In this document: positions 19,225-29,042 of the stretch, piece by piece
How positions within the stretch are numbered: the first letter of the stretch is position 1
How the letters are laid out: the number at the start of each line of letters is the position of its first letter
Source: a virus
DNA length: 64,000 nt
IMG/VR virus record: IMGVR_UViG_3300025450_000015
Location: 89,701-153,700 of that record
Strand: one strand, 5' to 3'
The notes under the pieces: model-generated
What the model saw: only the letters and a program-made list of their open reading frames with translations
Told to the model about the DNA's origin: nothing
The model's database searches: none
Position numbers and translations under genes: made by a program

Positions 19225-20684
19225 TATAGATCCGCCCTAGGTTTGAGAGCAGTTGATAAACTTGATCGTTGTGCATCTCGTGTATTATATAGTGTAACTG
19301 TCCATTGACCAGCAGTAGGTATGGTTTGTTGCGTGTTGTTTATAGTTGGCAATGTGATTCTTAAACAAGTTGTTTGTATTCCTGCTGGACTTGTATACAA
19401 ATATGAACTATACATTGTCGGATAATCACTTAATGCATATTCTAATTGCGTTACACCAAATTTAAATACTACATAAGGAATAGCATTGTTTGTTGCATAC
19501 AATATTCTAGTATTGATTTGTGTGTCGCCCAGTGCTAATGAAATCACATCACTTGATACTTGATCATTATAGGTATAATTTGTATTGTTGATAAAGCCAG
19601 TTTTTAATGTTGATCTTGTATCATTATTAGTCATATTCATTCTAACCGCATCTTCTACTTTAATCCATGCACTGCTTGGTCCGTCAAAACGAAATAATCT
19701 GTTAGGTAAGAAATCTGTTCTCAAGAAAAAATCATCTGTGCCTGGGTTTTCGGGAAATTGTATACCAAACCCAAATGCATTACCATTGGCAGGATACCCA
19801 TTACCAATTAAATATCCTGTGTATCCAGGACGAACTGGTTTAGCATTGTTTTCATTAGCAAGATAATTGATTTGGCTTGCATCTAATGTAGTTTCGTCAG
19901 CAGTCTCTAGTAAGGGTTTTCCAGTGGTTGGATCTACAGCCAAGGTGTAGAATTGTCTAGTTTCATATCCGCTCATAGGAGAATCTGCTTCTGCCTGTGC
20001 AACTATTTGTTGATTAATTTCCATCTCTTTGTTGAATGTACTCAACAAGTCTTTAAGAGTAACGTTAGCTCCAACAATTGGATCGCCATTGGCATCTGTA
20101 GCGGCTTGATTAAAAATTGATTGAAATTGTTGTTGATCGTTGATACGTTTAAGTTTTAATCTATATAGATGCGGAAACCACGTAACACTAAATCCTTCAC
20201 TTGCACGGCCTACATCGGTAACTTGATAATATCTAGGTAAACTTACATCAAAATCGTTTAGAGCAAAATCGTCACGTAGATGCGGCAATTCTAAAACATC
20301 TCCGCTAATAGGTTTACGTCCAATAGTTTTAATAATGTCATTAATATGAACAGTCATATACAACGTATCGTTATCAATAAACAATCCAAATTGACTTAAA
20401 TTAAAATCAATATTCTGTACGTTATACATGCCTCTAATTCTATACACTTCAGTTTCATACTTACTATCGCGATTTTCTAAAAAAAGCAAATCTTGAATGT
20501 TAGTAACATTATCATTTGGATAAAATGGCTGTTCGGCAGTGGCATTGGCTTCCTGGGTATTTGCACCCAACAATTTGTGCCAATAAACATCGGTTCCACC
20601 TACTGTGAACATTTCGCTAGCTTGACGATCTATAAATTGATAGTCGTTGCCTTTTTCTGGTTTGTATAAGGATAATCGTGGCAT
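19224..20684 (-). CDS. gp14: Neck/head-closure protein (T4 gp14-like)
   Basis: LSQFGLFIDND and GRKPISGDVLELP motifs; lies between gp13-like and gp15-like genes. Confidence 0.65.
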   Translation of the reverse strand: MPRLSLYKPEKGNDYQFIDRQASEMFTVGGTDVYWHKLLGANTQEANATAEQPFYPNDNVTNIQDLLFLENRDSKYETEVYRIRGMYNVQNIDFNLSQFGLFIDNDTLYMTVHINDIIKTIGRKPISGDVLELPHLRDDFALNDFDVSLPRYYQVTDVGRASEGFSVTWFPHLYRLKLKRINDQQQFQSIFNQAATDANGDPIVGANVTLKDLLSTFNKEMEINQQIVAQAEADSPMSGYETRQFYTLAVDPTTGKPLLETADETTLDASQINYLANENNAKPVRPGYTGYLIGNGYPANGNAFGFGIQFPENPGTDDFFLRTDFLPNRLFRFDGPSSAWIKVEDAVRMNMTNNDTRSTLKTGFINNTNYTYNDQVSSDVISLALGDTQINTRILYATNNAIPYVVFKFGVTQLEYALSDYPTMYSSYLYTSPAGIQTTCLRITLPTINNTQQTIPTAGQWTVTLYNTRDAQRSSLSTALKPRADL

Positions 20685-20689
20685 ATTGA

Positions 20690-20697
20690 TATTTATC
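20690..20697 (-). promoter_or_regulatory. Putative late promoter GATAAATA
   Basis: Reverse complement of tatttatc, 5 nt upstream of the ATG at 20684. Confidence 0.65.
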
Positions 20698-20701
20698 GTT
20701 A

Positions 20702-20709
20702 GCTAAATA
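20702..20709 (+). promoter_or_regulatory. Putative late promoter GCTAAATA
   Basis: TAAATA core upstream of the GAGG RBS and ATG 20728. Confidence 0.6.
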
Positions 20710-20727
20710 TAGTAAGAGGACAAAAAT

Positions 20728-21513
20728 ATGGACGATTTGCCATCAAGTACGCAAAGCAATTCTACTCAAGAGCGAAATAAAGTGTTTGATTATATCAAAA
20801 CTATGCTGGGTGACGGCATGATTGATGTAGAGCTAGATAATAAACATCTAGAAATTGCGTTAGATCGTGCATTAAACCGCTATCGTCAACGTAGTCCAAA
20901 TGCTGTAGAAGAAAGCTATTTGTTTTTAGAACTAATACAGGATCAAAATGAATACAGATTACCTGACGAAGTTATTACGGTACGTCAGGTATTTCGTCGT
21001 GCTATCGGTTCCCGTACCGGTATTGGTGCTGGCGGCACATTATTTGAACCATTTAATTTGGCCTATACAAATACCTATTTAATGTCAGGTAGTATGATGG
21101 GCGGTCTAGCAACTTATGATGCGTTTGCTGGATATCAAAAGTTAGTAGGTCGTATGTTCGGTAGCTATATTGAATTTTTATGGAAACCAACTACGCATAT
21201 TTTAAATATTTTACAACGTCCTTTTGCCCAGGGTGAACAGATTCTTGTTCAAAGTTATAACTATCGTCCTGATTGGGTTTTACTACAGGATGTCTATGCT
21301 AAACAATGGTTAAAAGATTATGCACTTGCCACCGCCAAAGGTATGCTAGGGGAAGCTCGTAGCAAATTTGGTAGCATTGCAGGTCCTGGAAGTCCTATTA
21401 CTTTAAATGGAACCGCTTTGCTAACTGATTCAAAAGCTGAATTAGAAAAATTAGACAAAGAGATTGAGAATCTAATTTCTGGCGGAACGGGCTATTACTT
21501 TATAACTGGTTAA
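20728..21513 (+). CDS. gp13: Neck protein (T4 gp13-like head-tail adaptor)
   Basis: YIKTMLGDGMIDVEL and WLKDYALATAK...GEARSKF...G..ITLNG motifs typical of the gp13 family. Confidence 0.8.
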   Translation: MDDLPSSTQSNSTQERNKVFDYIKTMLGDGMIDVELDNKHLEIALDRALNRYRQRSPNAVEESYLFLELIQDQNEYRLPDEVITVRQVFRRAIGSRTGIGAGGTLFEPFNLAYTNTYLMSGSMMGGLATYDAFAGYQKLVGRMFGSYIEFLWKPTTHILNILQRPFAQGEQILVQSYNYRPDWVLLQDVYAKQWLKDYALATAKGMLGEARSKFGSIAGPGSPITLNGTALLTDSKAELEKLDKEIENLISGGTGYYFITG

Positions 21514-21521
21514 GAAATTTC

Positions 21522-21550
21522 TTGACCTTGTAATAAAACTGTTATATACT
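21522..21550 (+). promoter_or_regulatory. Sigma70-type promoter
   Basis: TTGACC-17 bp-TATACT upstream of the dNMP kinase gene. Confidence 0.7.
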
Positions 21551-21572
21551 AGAGCTAATATTAGGGGGCTCT

Positions 21573-22283
21573 ATGATTATAGGTGTGTGTGGTTTTATTG
21601 GATCAGGCAAGGATACTATTGCTGATTATCTTACTAACTTTCACGGATTTAGACGAGAATCGTTTGCAAATTCATTAAAAGATGCAGTGGCACAAGTGTT
21701 TGGTTGGGACCGTACTATGCTGGAAGGCCGCACTAAACAAGCTCGTGAATGGCGCGAACAAGTAGATCCGTGGTGGGCAGAACGTTTAAGTATGCCAGAA
21801 TTAACTCCACGCTGGGTATTACAATACTGGGGTACCGAAGTTTGTCGCAAGGCTTTCCATGATGATATTTGGATTGCTTCATTAGAGAATAAACTACGCA
21901 ACTCAAAAGATGACATAGTTATTAGTGACTGCCGTTTTCCTAATGAAATTAAATCAATTAAAGATGCCGGCGGAATTGTTATTCGTGTAAAGCGTGGTCC
22001 AGAACCCGACTGGTATCGAGATGCCGCTGATATGAACGCTGGCGACAAATGTATAAATTGGATGCTAGCTAAAACTAGAATGGAAAAACTAGGAATTCAT
22101 GCTAGTGAAACTGCTTGGGTTGGAACTAAGTTTGATTATGTGTTTTCTAATGATAGTAGCATTGATGATTTATACGCTCAAGTAAAAACTCTCATAAATC
22201 CGGAACAAGATCCCCTTGCCGCCATTGAACACCTTCTCGATGAAGAACCCGTTGACAATTGGCGCACACAGTCTTTAAGTTAG
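21573..22283 (+). CDS. gp1: Deoxynucleoside monophosphate kinase (T4 gp1-like)
   Basis: P-loop GFIGSGKDT, plus FANSLKD, TPRWVLQYWGTE, ISDCRFPNE and HASE motifs. Confidence 0.9.
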   Translation: MIIGVCGFIGSGKDTIADYLTNFHGFRRESFANSLKDAVAQVFGWDRTMLEGRTKQAREWREQVDPWWAERLSMPELTPRWVLQYWGTEVCRKAFHDDIWIASLENKLRNSKDDIVISDCRFPNEIKSIKDAGGIVIRVKRGPEPDWYRDAADMNAGDKCINWMLAKTRMEKLGIHASETAWVGTKFDYVFSNDSSIDDLYAQVKTLINPEQDPLAAIEHLLDEEPVDNWRTQSLS

Positions 22284-22518
22284 TTTGTTTACAATTATCT
22301 AAATTTCCATCAATGTGGAACACATTAAATACTTCTTTGTGCGGGCTTTTAAACCCGCATTTGTCGCAAGTATGTTTTAGTTTGTATCCAGCCTGCTGCC
22401 ATCTAGGCAGTTTGACACCTCGTAGGCAGTTACCGCACAGGCTTCTGTAATAAGTCTGTCCGTTTTTATAATAATTGATGGCTACCGGTGCCCTTCCGCA
22501 TGAACATAATGGTCTCAT
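22192..22518 (-). CDS. HNH endonuclease-like zinc-finger protein
   Basis: CDKCG...HIDGNLDN...NLKTVCANC HNH motif with extra Cys pairs. Preceded by CTTAAATA (22523-22530, minus strand). Confidence 0.75.
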   Translation of the reverse strand: MRPLCSCGRAPVAINYYKNGQTYYRSLCGNCLRGVKLPRWQQAGYKLKHTCDKCGFKSPHKEVFNVFHIDGNLDNCKQTNLKTVCANCQRVLHREGVQWRQGDLVPDL

Positions 22519-22582
22519 ATTTTATTTAAGCCTTTTTAGAGCCTTTTTGTAGGCTTATATAAGCATTGATTTACCAAAATGC

Positions 22583-22590
22583 CATAAATA
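22583..22590 (+). promoter_or_regulatory. Putative late promoter CATAAATA
   Basis: Upstream of the GGAG RBS and the sheath ATG at 22623. Confidence 0.65.
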
Positions 22591-22622
22591 CATTAAGAAC
22601 ATGTACTCATGGAGATAACACA

Positions 22623-25600
22623 ATGGCTCAATTAAGTTCACCTGGAATTAGCGTAACCGTAGTTAACGAATCGTTCTACACGCCTTCTGCACCAGGTACC
22701 GTACCCCTTATCGTAGTTGCTACTCAAGCAAACAAAATGAATTCAGCTGGAACAGGTATTGCTCCAGGCACACTAGCGGCAAATGCTGGAAACGTATACC
22801 TGTTGACAAGTCAAGCAGACTTAGGCGCAACATTTGGTGTACCATACTTTCAAACAGATGCTAGCAACAATCCTATCAATGCAAGCGAAATTAATGAATA
22901 CGGTCTACAAGCCGCTTACAGTTTCTTAGGTGTTAGCAGTCAAGCATACGTTGTTCGTGCCAATGTTGATACAAGTCAATTAATTGGTTCAGCATCAGTT
23001 CCAGTAGGACTTCCATCAAATGGTACATACTGGTGGGATACTGCAACAACAAGTTTTGGTGTTTTCCAATGGAACGCAAGTGCAGTTACAGCAACTAACG
23101 GTCAAAGTTTTGTAGTACAAAATCCAGCAGTAATTAACGCAGGATCTGGTCTATACAATACTGGAACTTTTGCTCCAAATCCAAGTTTTGGTGCTGTCGG
23201 TAGTTATGCAGTTGTAACAGCTACAACACTAGCTCAGTTATGGTACAAACAATATAATACTGCCAACGACGGCACAGGTGGAGCATCCGCCGCCGCAAGC
23301 ACAGCTGGCACATGGGTACAAGTTGGTTCAACAGCTTGGGCCGCAAGTATGCCAACTGCTACAAGTACAGTAGCATCCACAGCCGCAACAGTTAGTAGTA
23401 GCGATACATTAATTGTTAATGGATACACAGTAACTGGTGCAACAACATACGCTGGATTAGTAACAGCATTAGGTTCACATGTATCTGGTGTAACAGCAAG
23501 TGTAATCAACGGTTATTTGAATTTATATTCAACAGGTGCTAACATTGTATTAAGTGGTACACTAACCAGTACAAACAAAATTATTGCCGCTGGGACATAC
23601 TATGCTCCTACAGTGACTATTGCTCCACACTATCAAGTTCCTAACTATGGTTCTTATACAAATTCAGGTAGTGTTAACGGTTACCCAACTGGTTCTATCT
23701 GGATTAAAACAACTCCAGTAAACCAAGGTGCTAATTTTGACATCGAACTATATAATTCAACAACAGCAAGTTGGATTCGTCAAGCTGTAGGTCAGTTATT
23801 TGCAAGCAATCAAGCGGCAATGGCAACATTAGATCCAACAGGCGGCGGTATTAATATTCCAGTTGGACAAGTATATGTAAAATATAACGATGATGAAATC
23901 ACAAATCCAACTTATGTAAATTACAAAATTTATCAACGTTTATCAACAGGTATAACAAGTTCAACTAGTGCTATTATAACAAATAGTACATTTGGTTCAA
24001 GCTCATTTACATTTGCTCTTTCATCTAGCCAAGTTGGTTCAGCAACATTACCAAGTTATGTAACAGTTAGTTTTACAACAACTGGCAGTGCTAGCTCTGA
24101 TGCAAACGCATTGGCAGCCGCAATTAACACAGCAGTAGTTCCATTGGCAAACGTTGTGGCAACTGTAACAAGTACAAATCAAGTTACAATTACCCATACG
24201 CAAGGCGGTGACATTAGAATCCAAGACGGTACTAATTTACCTATTGGTAAAATATTTACTGTAGGAACTAATAATGAATTTTATGCTGATCCATCCGGAA
24301 CAGCAAACTACTATATCATTACTGCATGGGCGGCAGCCAATAGTAGCGGTACTGCATTGGTTACACCTAGTGCAACAGCACCTTCAACATTACCAGTTAA
24401 CGGACAATTATGGTATAATAGTTCAATCACTGATGTAGATATTTTAATCAATGATGGTACACATTGGAGAGGTTATACTTCAACTGCTGGTAAAGTTGTT
24501 GTTAACCAGGGTGTTGGATATACAAATAATTATACACAAACTGATGCTAACGGTCCAATCATTAGTTCAACACAACCAACTACTAACAGTACAGGCGGTG
24601 TACTACAACATGGTGATTTGTGGATTAATTCAAGTAATTTAGAAGCATGGCCAACAATTTATCGTTGGAATTTCTTAACAAAAGCATGGGTATTGATTAA
24701 CAACACAGATCACACAACTAGTAATGGTATCATATTTGCCGATGCACGTTGGAGCGATGAAACATTAAATGCAAATACTGTAAAAACTGGTGCTGATACA
24801 CTGGATTCGATTGCATTATTATTATCAAGCGACTTTGTTGACTTTGACGCTCCAAACGCACAATTATATCCAAAGGGAACTTTGTTGTATAATCTACGCC
24901 GTAGCAGTTTTAACGTTAAAAAGTACGTTTCAGGTTATGTAAACACACAAGCCTATAATACAAGCGTTACCGGTAACCCAGTAATGACTTACTATTATCC
25001 AGATCGTTGGGTAACAGATGCCGCTAATGATTATTTAGGTGTGGGCGTGTTTGGTCGTAAAGCTCAACGTGCTGTTGTTGTAGCGGCTTTAAATGCTACA
25101 ATTAACGCTAATCAACAAATTCGTAACGAAGATAGTGTTACATTTAACTTATTAAGTTGCCCAGGATATTTAGAAACAACATCCGCATTGGTTAATTTAA
25201 ATACTGGTCGTGGATTACTATCATTTATTGTAGCAGATGCTCCTGCACGTTTACCAAACGATGCAACAAGTTTAAGTAACTGGGGTAATAATACAAATAA
25301 TGCAACAGGCGATGGCGAAGTTGGTCTAGTTACAACAGATGCAAATACTGGTGTATATTATCCATGGGGCTATACAACAGACTTATACGGTAATGACATC
25401 GTTGTTCCTCCAAGTCATATCATGTTGCGTACAATCGCATTAAGCGATAATGTTGCTTATCCTTGGTTTGCACCAGCAGGTGTACGTCGTGGTGGTGTAA
25501 CAAATGCAAGTAGTGTAGGTTATGTAACTGCACAAACTGGTGTGTTTAATCCTATCGCATTGAATACTGGGCAACGTAACACATTAGCCACAATACAAGT

Positions 25601-26006
25601 TAACCCAATAACATACATTGGCGGTGTTGGACTTGTAGCATACGGACAATATACTCGTAGTTTAGTCGCAAGCAGTTTAAATCGTATCAATGTAGCACGT
25701 TTAGTAATTTACTTACGTTACCAGTTGAACGCCATTTCTAAACCATATGTATTTGAACCAAATGATACAATTACACGTAACGAAATTAAACAAGAAATTG
25801 AAAAATTGTTGCTTAACCTAACAGCTGAACGTGCCCTGTACGATTATATTGTTGTATGCGACACTTCAAACAATACTCCAAGCAGAATTGATGCTAATGA
25901 GTTGTATGTTGACATTGCAATCGAACCAGTTAAGTCTGTGGAATTCATCTACATTCCATTACGTCTTGAAAATACTGGCGCAATTGCCGGTTTAAGTGGC
26001 AAATAA
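22623..26006 (+). CDS. gp18: Tail sheath protein (T4 gp18-like), enlarged
   Basis: Start reassigned to ATG 22623 (GGAG RBS, MAQLSSPGISV). Sheath motifs PWFAPAGVRRG, VNPI, LNRINVARL, FEPND and IEPVKSVEFIYI. Confidence 0.95.
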   Translation: MAQLSSPGISVTVVNESFYTPSAPGTVPLIVVATQANKMNSAGTGIAPGTLAANAGNVYLLTSQADLGATFGVPYFQTDASNNPINASEINEYGLQAAYSFLGVSSQAYVVRANVDTSQLIGSASVPVGLPSNGTYWWDTATTSFGVFQWNASAVTATNGQSFVVQNPAVINAGSGLYNTGTFAPNPSFGAVGSYAVVTATTLAQLWYKQYNTANDGTGGASAAASTAGTWVQVGSTAWAASMPTATSTVASTAATVSSSDTLIVNGYTVTGATTYAGLVTALGSHVSGVTASVINGYLNLYSTGANIVLSGTLTSTNKIIAAGTYYAPTVTIAPHYQVPNYGSYTNSGSVNGYPTGSIWIKTTPVNQGANFDIELYNSTTASWIRQAVGQLFASNQAAMATLDPTGGGINIPVGQVYVKYNDDEITNPTYVNYKIYQRLSTGITSSTSAIITNSTFGSSSFTFALSSSQVGSATLPSYVTVSFTTTGSASSDANALAAAINTAVVPLANVVATVTSTNQVTITHTQGGDIRIQDGTNLPIGKIFTVGTNNEFYADPSGTANYYIITAWAAANSSGTALVTPSATAPSTLPVNGQLWYNSSITDVDILINDGTHWRGYTSTAGKVVVNQGVGYTNNYTQTDANGPIISSTQPTTNSTGGVLQHGDLWINSSNLEAWPTIYRWNFLTKAWVLINNTDHTTSNGIIFADARWSDETLNANTVKTGADTLDSIALLLSSDFVDFDAPNAQLYPKGTLLYNLRRSSFNVKKYVSGYVNTQAYNTSVTGNPVMTYYYPDRWVTDAANDYLGVGVFGRKAQRAVVVAALNATINANQQIRNEDSVTFNLLSCPGYLETTSALVNLNTGRGLLSFIVADAPARLPNDATSLSNWGNNTNNATGDGEVGLVTTDANTGVYYPWGYTTDLYGNDIVVPPSHIMLRTIALSDNVAYPWFAPAGVRRGGVTNASSVGYVTAQTGVFNPIALNTGQRNTLATIQVNPITYIGGVGLVAYGQYTRSLVASSLNRINVARLVIYLRYQLNAISKPYVFEPNDTITRNEIKQEIEKLLLNLTAERALYDYIVVCDTSNNTPSRIDANELYVDIAIEPVKSVEFIYIPLRLENTGAIAGLSGK

Positions 26007-26017
26007 GGAGAAATTAA

Positions 26018-26653
26018 ATGGCAATCGCGGCACTATCAAATTTTACAGTACCACTAGCAAGTGATCAAAGTGCGGCTTCACAGGGCATGCTAATGCCTAA
26101 GTTGAAGTATCGTTTTAGAATTAACTTTGAAAACTTTGGTGTAAGTACTCCAACAACAGAACTAACAAAACAAGTTGCTGAAGCGGCTCGTCCACAAGTT
26201 GAATTTGAAGATCAAAAGATCGATATCTACAACAGTATTATTCATTATGCTGGCAAACCTAAGTGGAAAGCACTTACAGTTAAATTGCGTGATGATGTTA
26301 CTGGTGCAGTTAGCAAATTGGTCGGTGAGCAGAACCAGAAACAGTTTGACTTTTTTGAACAAAGTTCAGCGGCAGCGGCTGGTGATTACAAGTTTACAAT
26401 GCGTATTGAAATGTTAGACGGCGGTAACGGTTCTAATGTTCCTAACGTTTTAGAAACTTGGGAATTGTATGGATGTTATGTACAACAAACTAACTGGCAA
26501 GATTTAAAATACAGCGAGCAAGGTCCTGTAATGATTGATCTAACAATCCAGTTTGATAATGCAGTACAAACTGATCCAGTTCCTGCAATTGGTGCTCCTA
26601 AATCTGTACAAAAATCAGGTGCAAGTAGCGGTCATAACGCATTAGGTTCATAA
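26018..26653 (+). CDS. gp19: Tail tube protein (T4 gp19-like)
   Basis: Directly follows the sheath gene. PKLKYRFR, YAGKPKW and WELYGCY...LTIQFDNA motifs. Confidence 0.88.
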   Translation: MAIAALSNFTVPLASDQSAASQGMLMPKLKYRFRINFENFGVSTPTTELTKQVAEAARPQVEFEDQKIDIYNSIIHYAGKPKWKALTVKLRDDVTGAVSKLVGEQNQKQFDFFEQSSAAAAGDYKFTMRIEMLDGGNGSNVPNVLETWELYGCYVQQTNWQDLKYSEQGPVMIDLTIQFDNAVQTDPVPAIGAPKSVQKSGASSGHNALGS

Positions 26654-26660
26654 TAAAAAT

Positions 26661-26681
26661 GCCTACACACGTAGGCTTTTT
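26661..26681 (+). terminator. Intrinsic terminator
   Basis: GCCTAC-acac-GTAGGC hairpin followed by a T-run and preceded by an A-run. Confidence 0.75.
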
Positions 26682-26729
26682 ATTGACTATTCATTATGTA
26701 CGTAGTTAATTATTTAAATAAATAATACT

Positions 26730-27725
26730 ATGAGCTTTACATCTAACCGTAATTTACAAGCAAGTAACCATCTTTTTTTTAAAGATTGGCGCCACGCCTA
26801 TAACACCTTTGTAACTGATCAATTCAGATTAGCGCCTAAAAGTAAATTTTTATTCCATGTTGCATTTGGCATCGATAATTCTACAGTTTATAATTTAAAT
26901 TTAGTACAGCGTTACGGAAAAGAAATTAACTTGATGGTTAAAAGTGTTGATTTACCCCATTTCACAGTCAAGACTGACATGGCAAATCAATACAACAGAA
27001 AGAAAAATATTCAGTTCATACATGAACCCATGGAACTTGGAATAAAATTTCATGATGATAATATGGGACTGATTAATGCCCTGTGGCAAAATTATTACAA
27101 CTATTATTATGCTGATCCAACTAGTGCAACTATACCCGGAGCATACAATAGAACTGCCACTAAAAACGCAAATTATATTCCGACAGCATACGGATTAGAC
27201 AACGGTAGTACAGTTCCTTTTTTTAAGTACATTAAGATTTATCAAATGGCTAGACACGAATATGTACAATATACCCTAGCTAATCCTATTATCACTAGTT
27301 GGAATCATAATAAATTAGATTACAGTCAGCCAGGTACGCATGATTTTGATATGAAAATCAAATATGAAGCTGTAAGTTATAGTGTAGGAGCAGTATCCGA
27401 AGATAGCCCCGAAGGATTCGGAGAAGGGCATTATGATCACAGTCCGAGTTCTTTAAAAGGTATCAATCCAGATCCTAGTGTGCCAAATCCCAGTTTTGTA
27501 GAATCTTTAAATGTTAAGGGCAATGCGGCAAGTTTCCTTGACAGTGTGATTACACAGATTAATTCCTATCAAAACACACAACAACCAATTAATTCGAATG
27601 GTACTATGGGAATTATTGATTCAACTTCCAATAATAATGCAGGTGGGTTGAGTGGTTACAACTTTCCACAAAGTAACGATAACGATAACACAACCCAAGC
27701 TACCCAACAAAAACCAGGAGGATAA
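26730..27725 (+). CDS. Tail tube-like baseplate protein (gp54/gp48-like)
   Basis: Tube-fold-like VKSVDLP...FHDD...IKYE pattern. Preceded by AATAAATA (26717-26724). Confidence 0.55.
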   Translation: MSFTSNRNLQASNHLFFKDWRHAYNTFVTDQFRLAPKSKFLFHVAFGIDNSTVYNLNLVQRYGKEINLMVKSVDLPHFTVKTDMANQYNRKKNIQFIHEPMELGIKFHDDNMGLINALWQNYYNYYYADPTSATIPGAYNRTATKNANYIPTAYGLDNGSTVPFFKYIKIYQMARHEYVQYTLANPIITSWNHNKLDYSQPGTHDFDMKIKYEAVSYSVGAVSEDSPEGFGEGHYDHSPSSLKGINPDPSVPNPSFVESLNVKGNAASFLDSVITQINSYQNTQQPINSNGTMGIIDSTSNNNAGGLSGYNFPQSNDNDNTTQATQQKPGG

Positions 27726-27728
27726 TAT

Positions 27729-28094
27729 ATGATAGGAAATTTACCTTCGGCAACACAAAGCGGACCAACAAATGTTAAAACATTTTTTGATACGTATTAT
27801 AATACTCCTGTAAGTTTTCCAGCGGCAGAGATCGACGCAACAATCGCATTTTTTGTCAAGCGTGGTTTTGATTATGCAGGTGCAAGTAGTACGGCAATTA
27901 TATTATTAAATCAATCTAGAGTAGAAAACGTCAGTGTGTTTAGTTTGTTAGATAAACTAAAAAGTTTAACTGATGTGCAACTTAGCCAAGTGGTTGCACA
28001 GGTATTAAATGCTTACAGAGAAAAAACCAGTCTATTAGGTTTTAGAACTGCTCAAGTTACTGACACGTTTGAATCACGTAACATATTAGTATAA
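27729..28094 (+). CDS. Hypothetical protein (structural region)
   Basis: 121-aa ORF with an AGGAG RBS. Confidence 0.6.
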   Translation: MIGNLPSATQSGPTNVKTFFDTYYNTPVSFPAAEIDATIAFFVKRGFDYAGASSTAIILLNQSRVENVSVFSLLDKLKSLTDVQLSQVVAQVLNAYREKTSLLGFRTAQVTDTFESRNILV

Positions 28095-28095
28095 T

Positions 28096-28524
28096 ATGGC
28101 TAAATTTGCACGTGGAAAATTCACCATGAAACATCCAGAAAAGTATGTAGGTACTAAAACGCCTACTTACAGATCGAGTTGGGAATGGAGTTTTATGAAT
28201 TTCTGCGACAACAACGAAAATGTGCAAAAATGGGCAAGTGAAGCTGTGCAGATTCCTTATAGAGATCCGCTAACTGATAGACAAACAGTTTATGTTCCTG
28301 ATTTTTTTATACAGTATGTAGACCGACATAATCATGTCCTTACAGAACTAATTGAAATTAAACCAGCTAGCCAAACTATACTAGAACGTGTGGGCAAGAA
28401 CAAGTACAACCAAGCACAGTTTGTTAAAAATCAAGCCAAATGGGCTGCCGCTGGACTATGGTGTAAACAACAAGGTATTAAATTTCGTATCCTTAATGAA
28501 AATGATATCTTCAGTCAAGTTTAA
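28096..28524 (+). CDS. gp4: Head completion nuclease (T4 gp4-like, TnsA-type)
   Basis: PEKYVG, YRSSWE, WASE, YVPDF, IEIKP and NQAKWAAA motifs. Confidence 0.88.
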   Translation: MAKFARGKFTMKHPEKYVGTKTPTYRSSWEWSFMNFCDNNENVQKWASEAVQIPYRDPLTDRQTVYVPDFFIQYVDRHNHVLTELIEIKPASQTILERVGKNKYNQAQFVKNQAKWAAAGLWCKQQGIKFRILNENDIFSQV

Positions 28525-28538
28525 GCATAAGTAATAGT

Positions 28539-29021
28539 ATGACTAAAAAACTTGAAGAAATCCTAAATCTTCCCGATAGTAAAAAAATCGTTAAACAGGA
28601 AGAAAAAGCACAAGCCAAAGCTGAACTTGCTCAGCCATTCCTTCGCGACATGAGTGAGTTTGATAAAATCTCAGCCGCGTTACCAGCGGTAAAAGGTCTA
28701 GGCGATATTGCCGATAATGAACTGGACGAACTAGCACAAAAAGCAAAAGATGCCTACGAAGATATCATGGATTTAGGCATGAACGTTGAAGCTAGATACA
28801 GTGCCAGATTGTTTGAAGTAGCCGCAGGTATGTTAGGACACGCTATCAGTGCTAAAAGTGCCAAATTAGATAAAAAGCTAAAGATGATTGATCTACAGCT
28901 CAAGAAACAAAAGTTAGACCAAGATACTAACGGTCATGATGAAGGTGTTACGATTCCAGGCGATGGAGTCATTATTTCGGATCGTAATAGCTTGTTAGAG
29001 AAATTAAAGAATTTAAAATAA
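28539..29021 (+). CDS. Putative terminase small subunit
   Basis: Helical 160-aa protein with ARLFEVAA and a coiled coil, upstream of terL. Preceded by CATAAGTA. Confidence 0.55.
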   Translation: MTKKLEEILNLPDSKKIVKQEEKAQAKAELAQPFLRDMSEFDKISAALPAVKGLGDIADNELDELAQKAKDAYEDIMDLGMNVEARYSARLFEVAAGMLGHAISAKSAKLDKKLKMIDLQLKKQKLDQDTNGHDEGVTIPGDGVIISDRNSLLEKLKNLK

Positions 29022-29042
29022 ATATAGTACTAGGATCAGACT

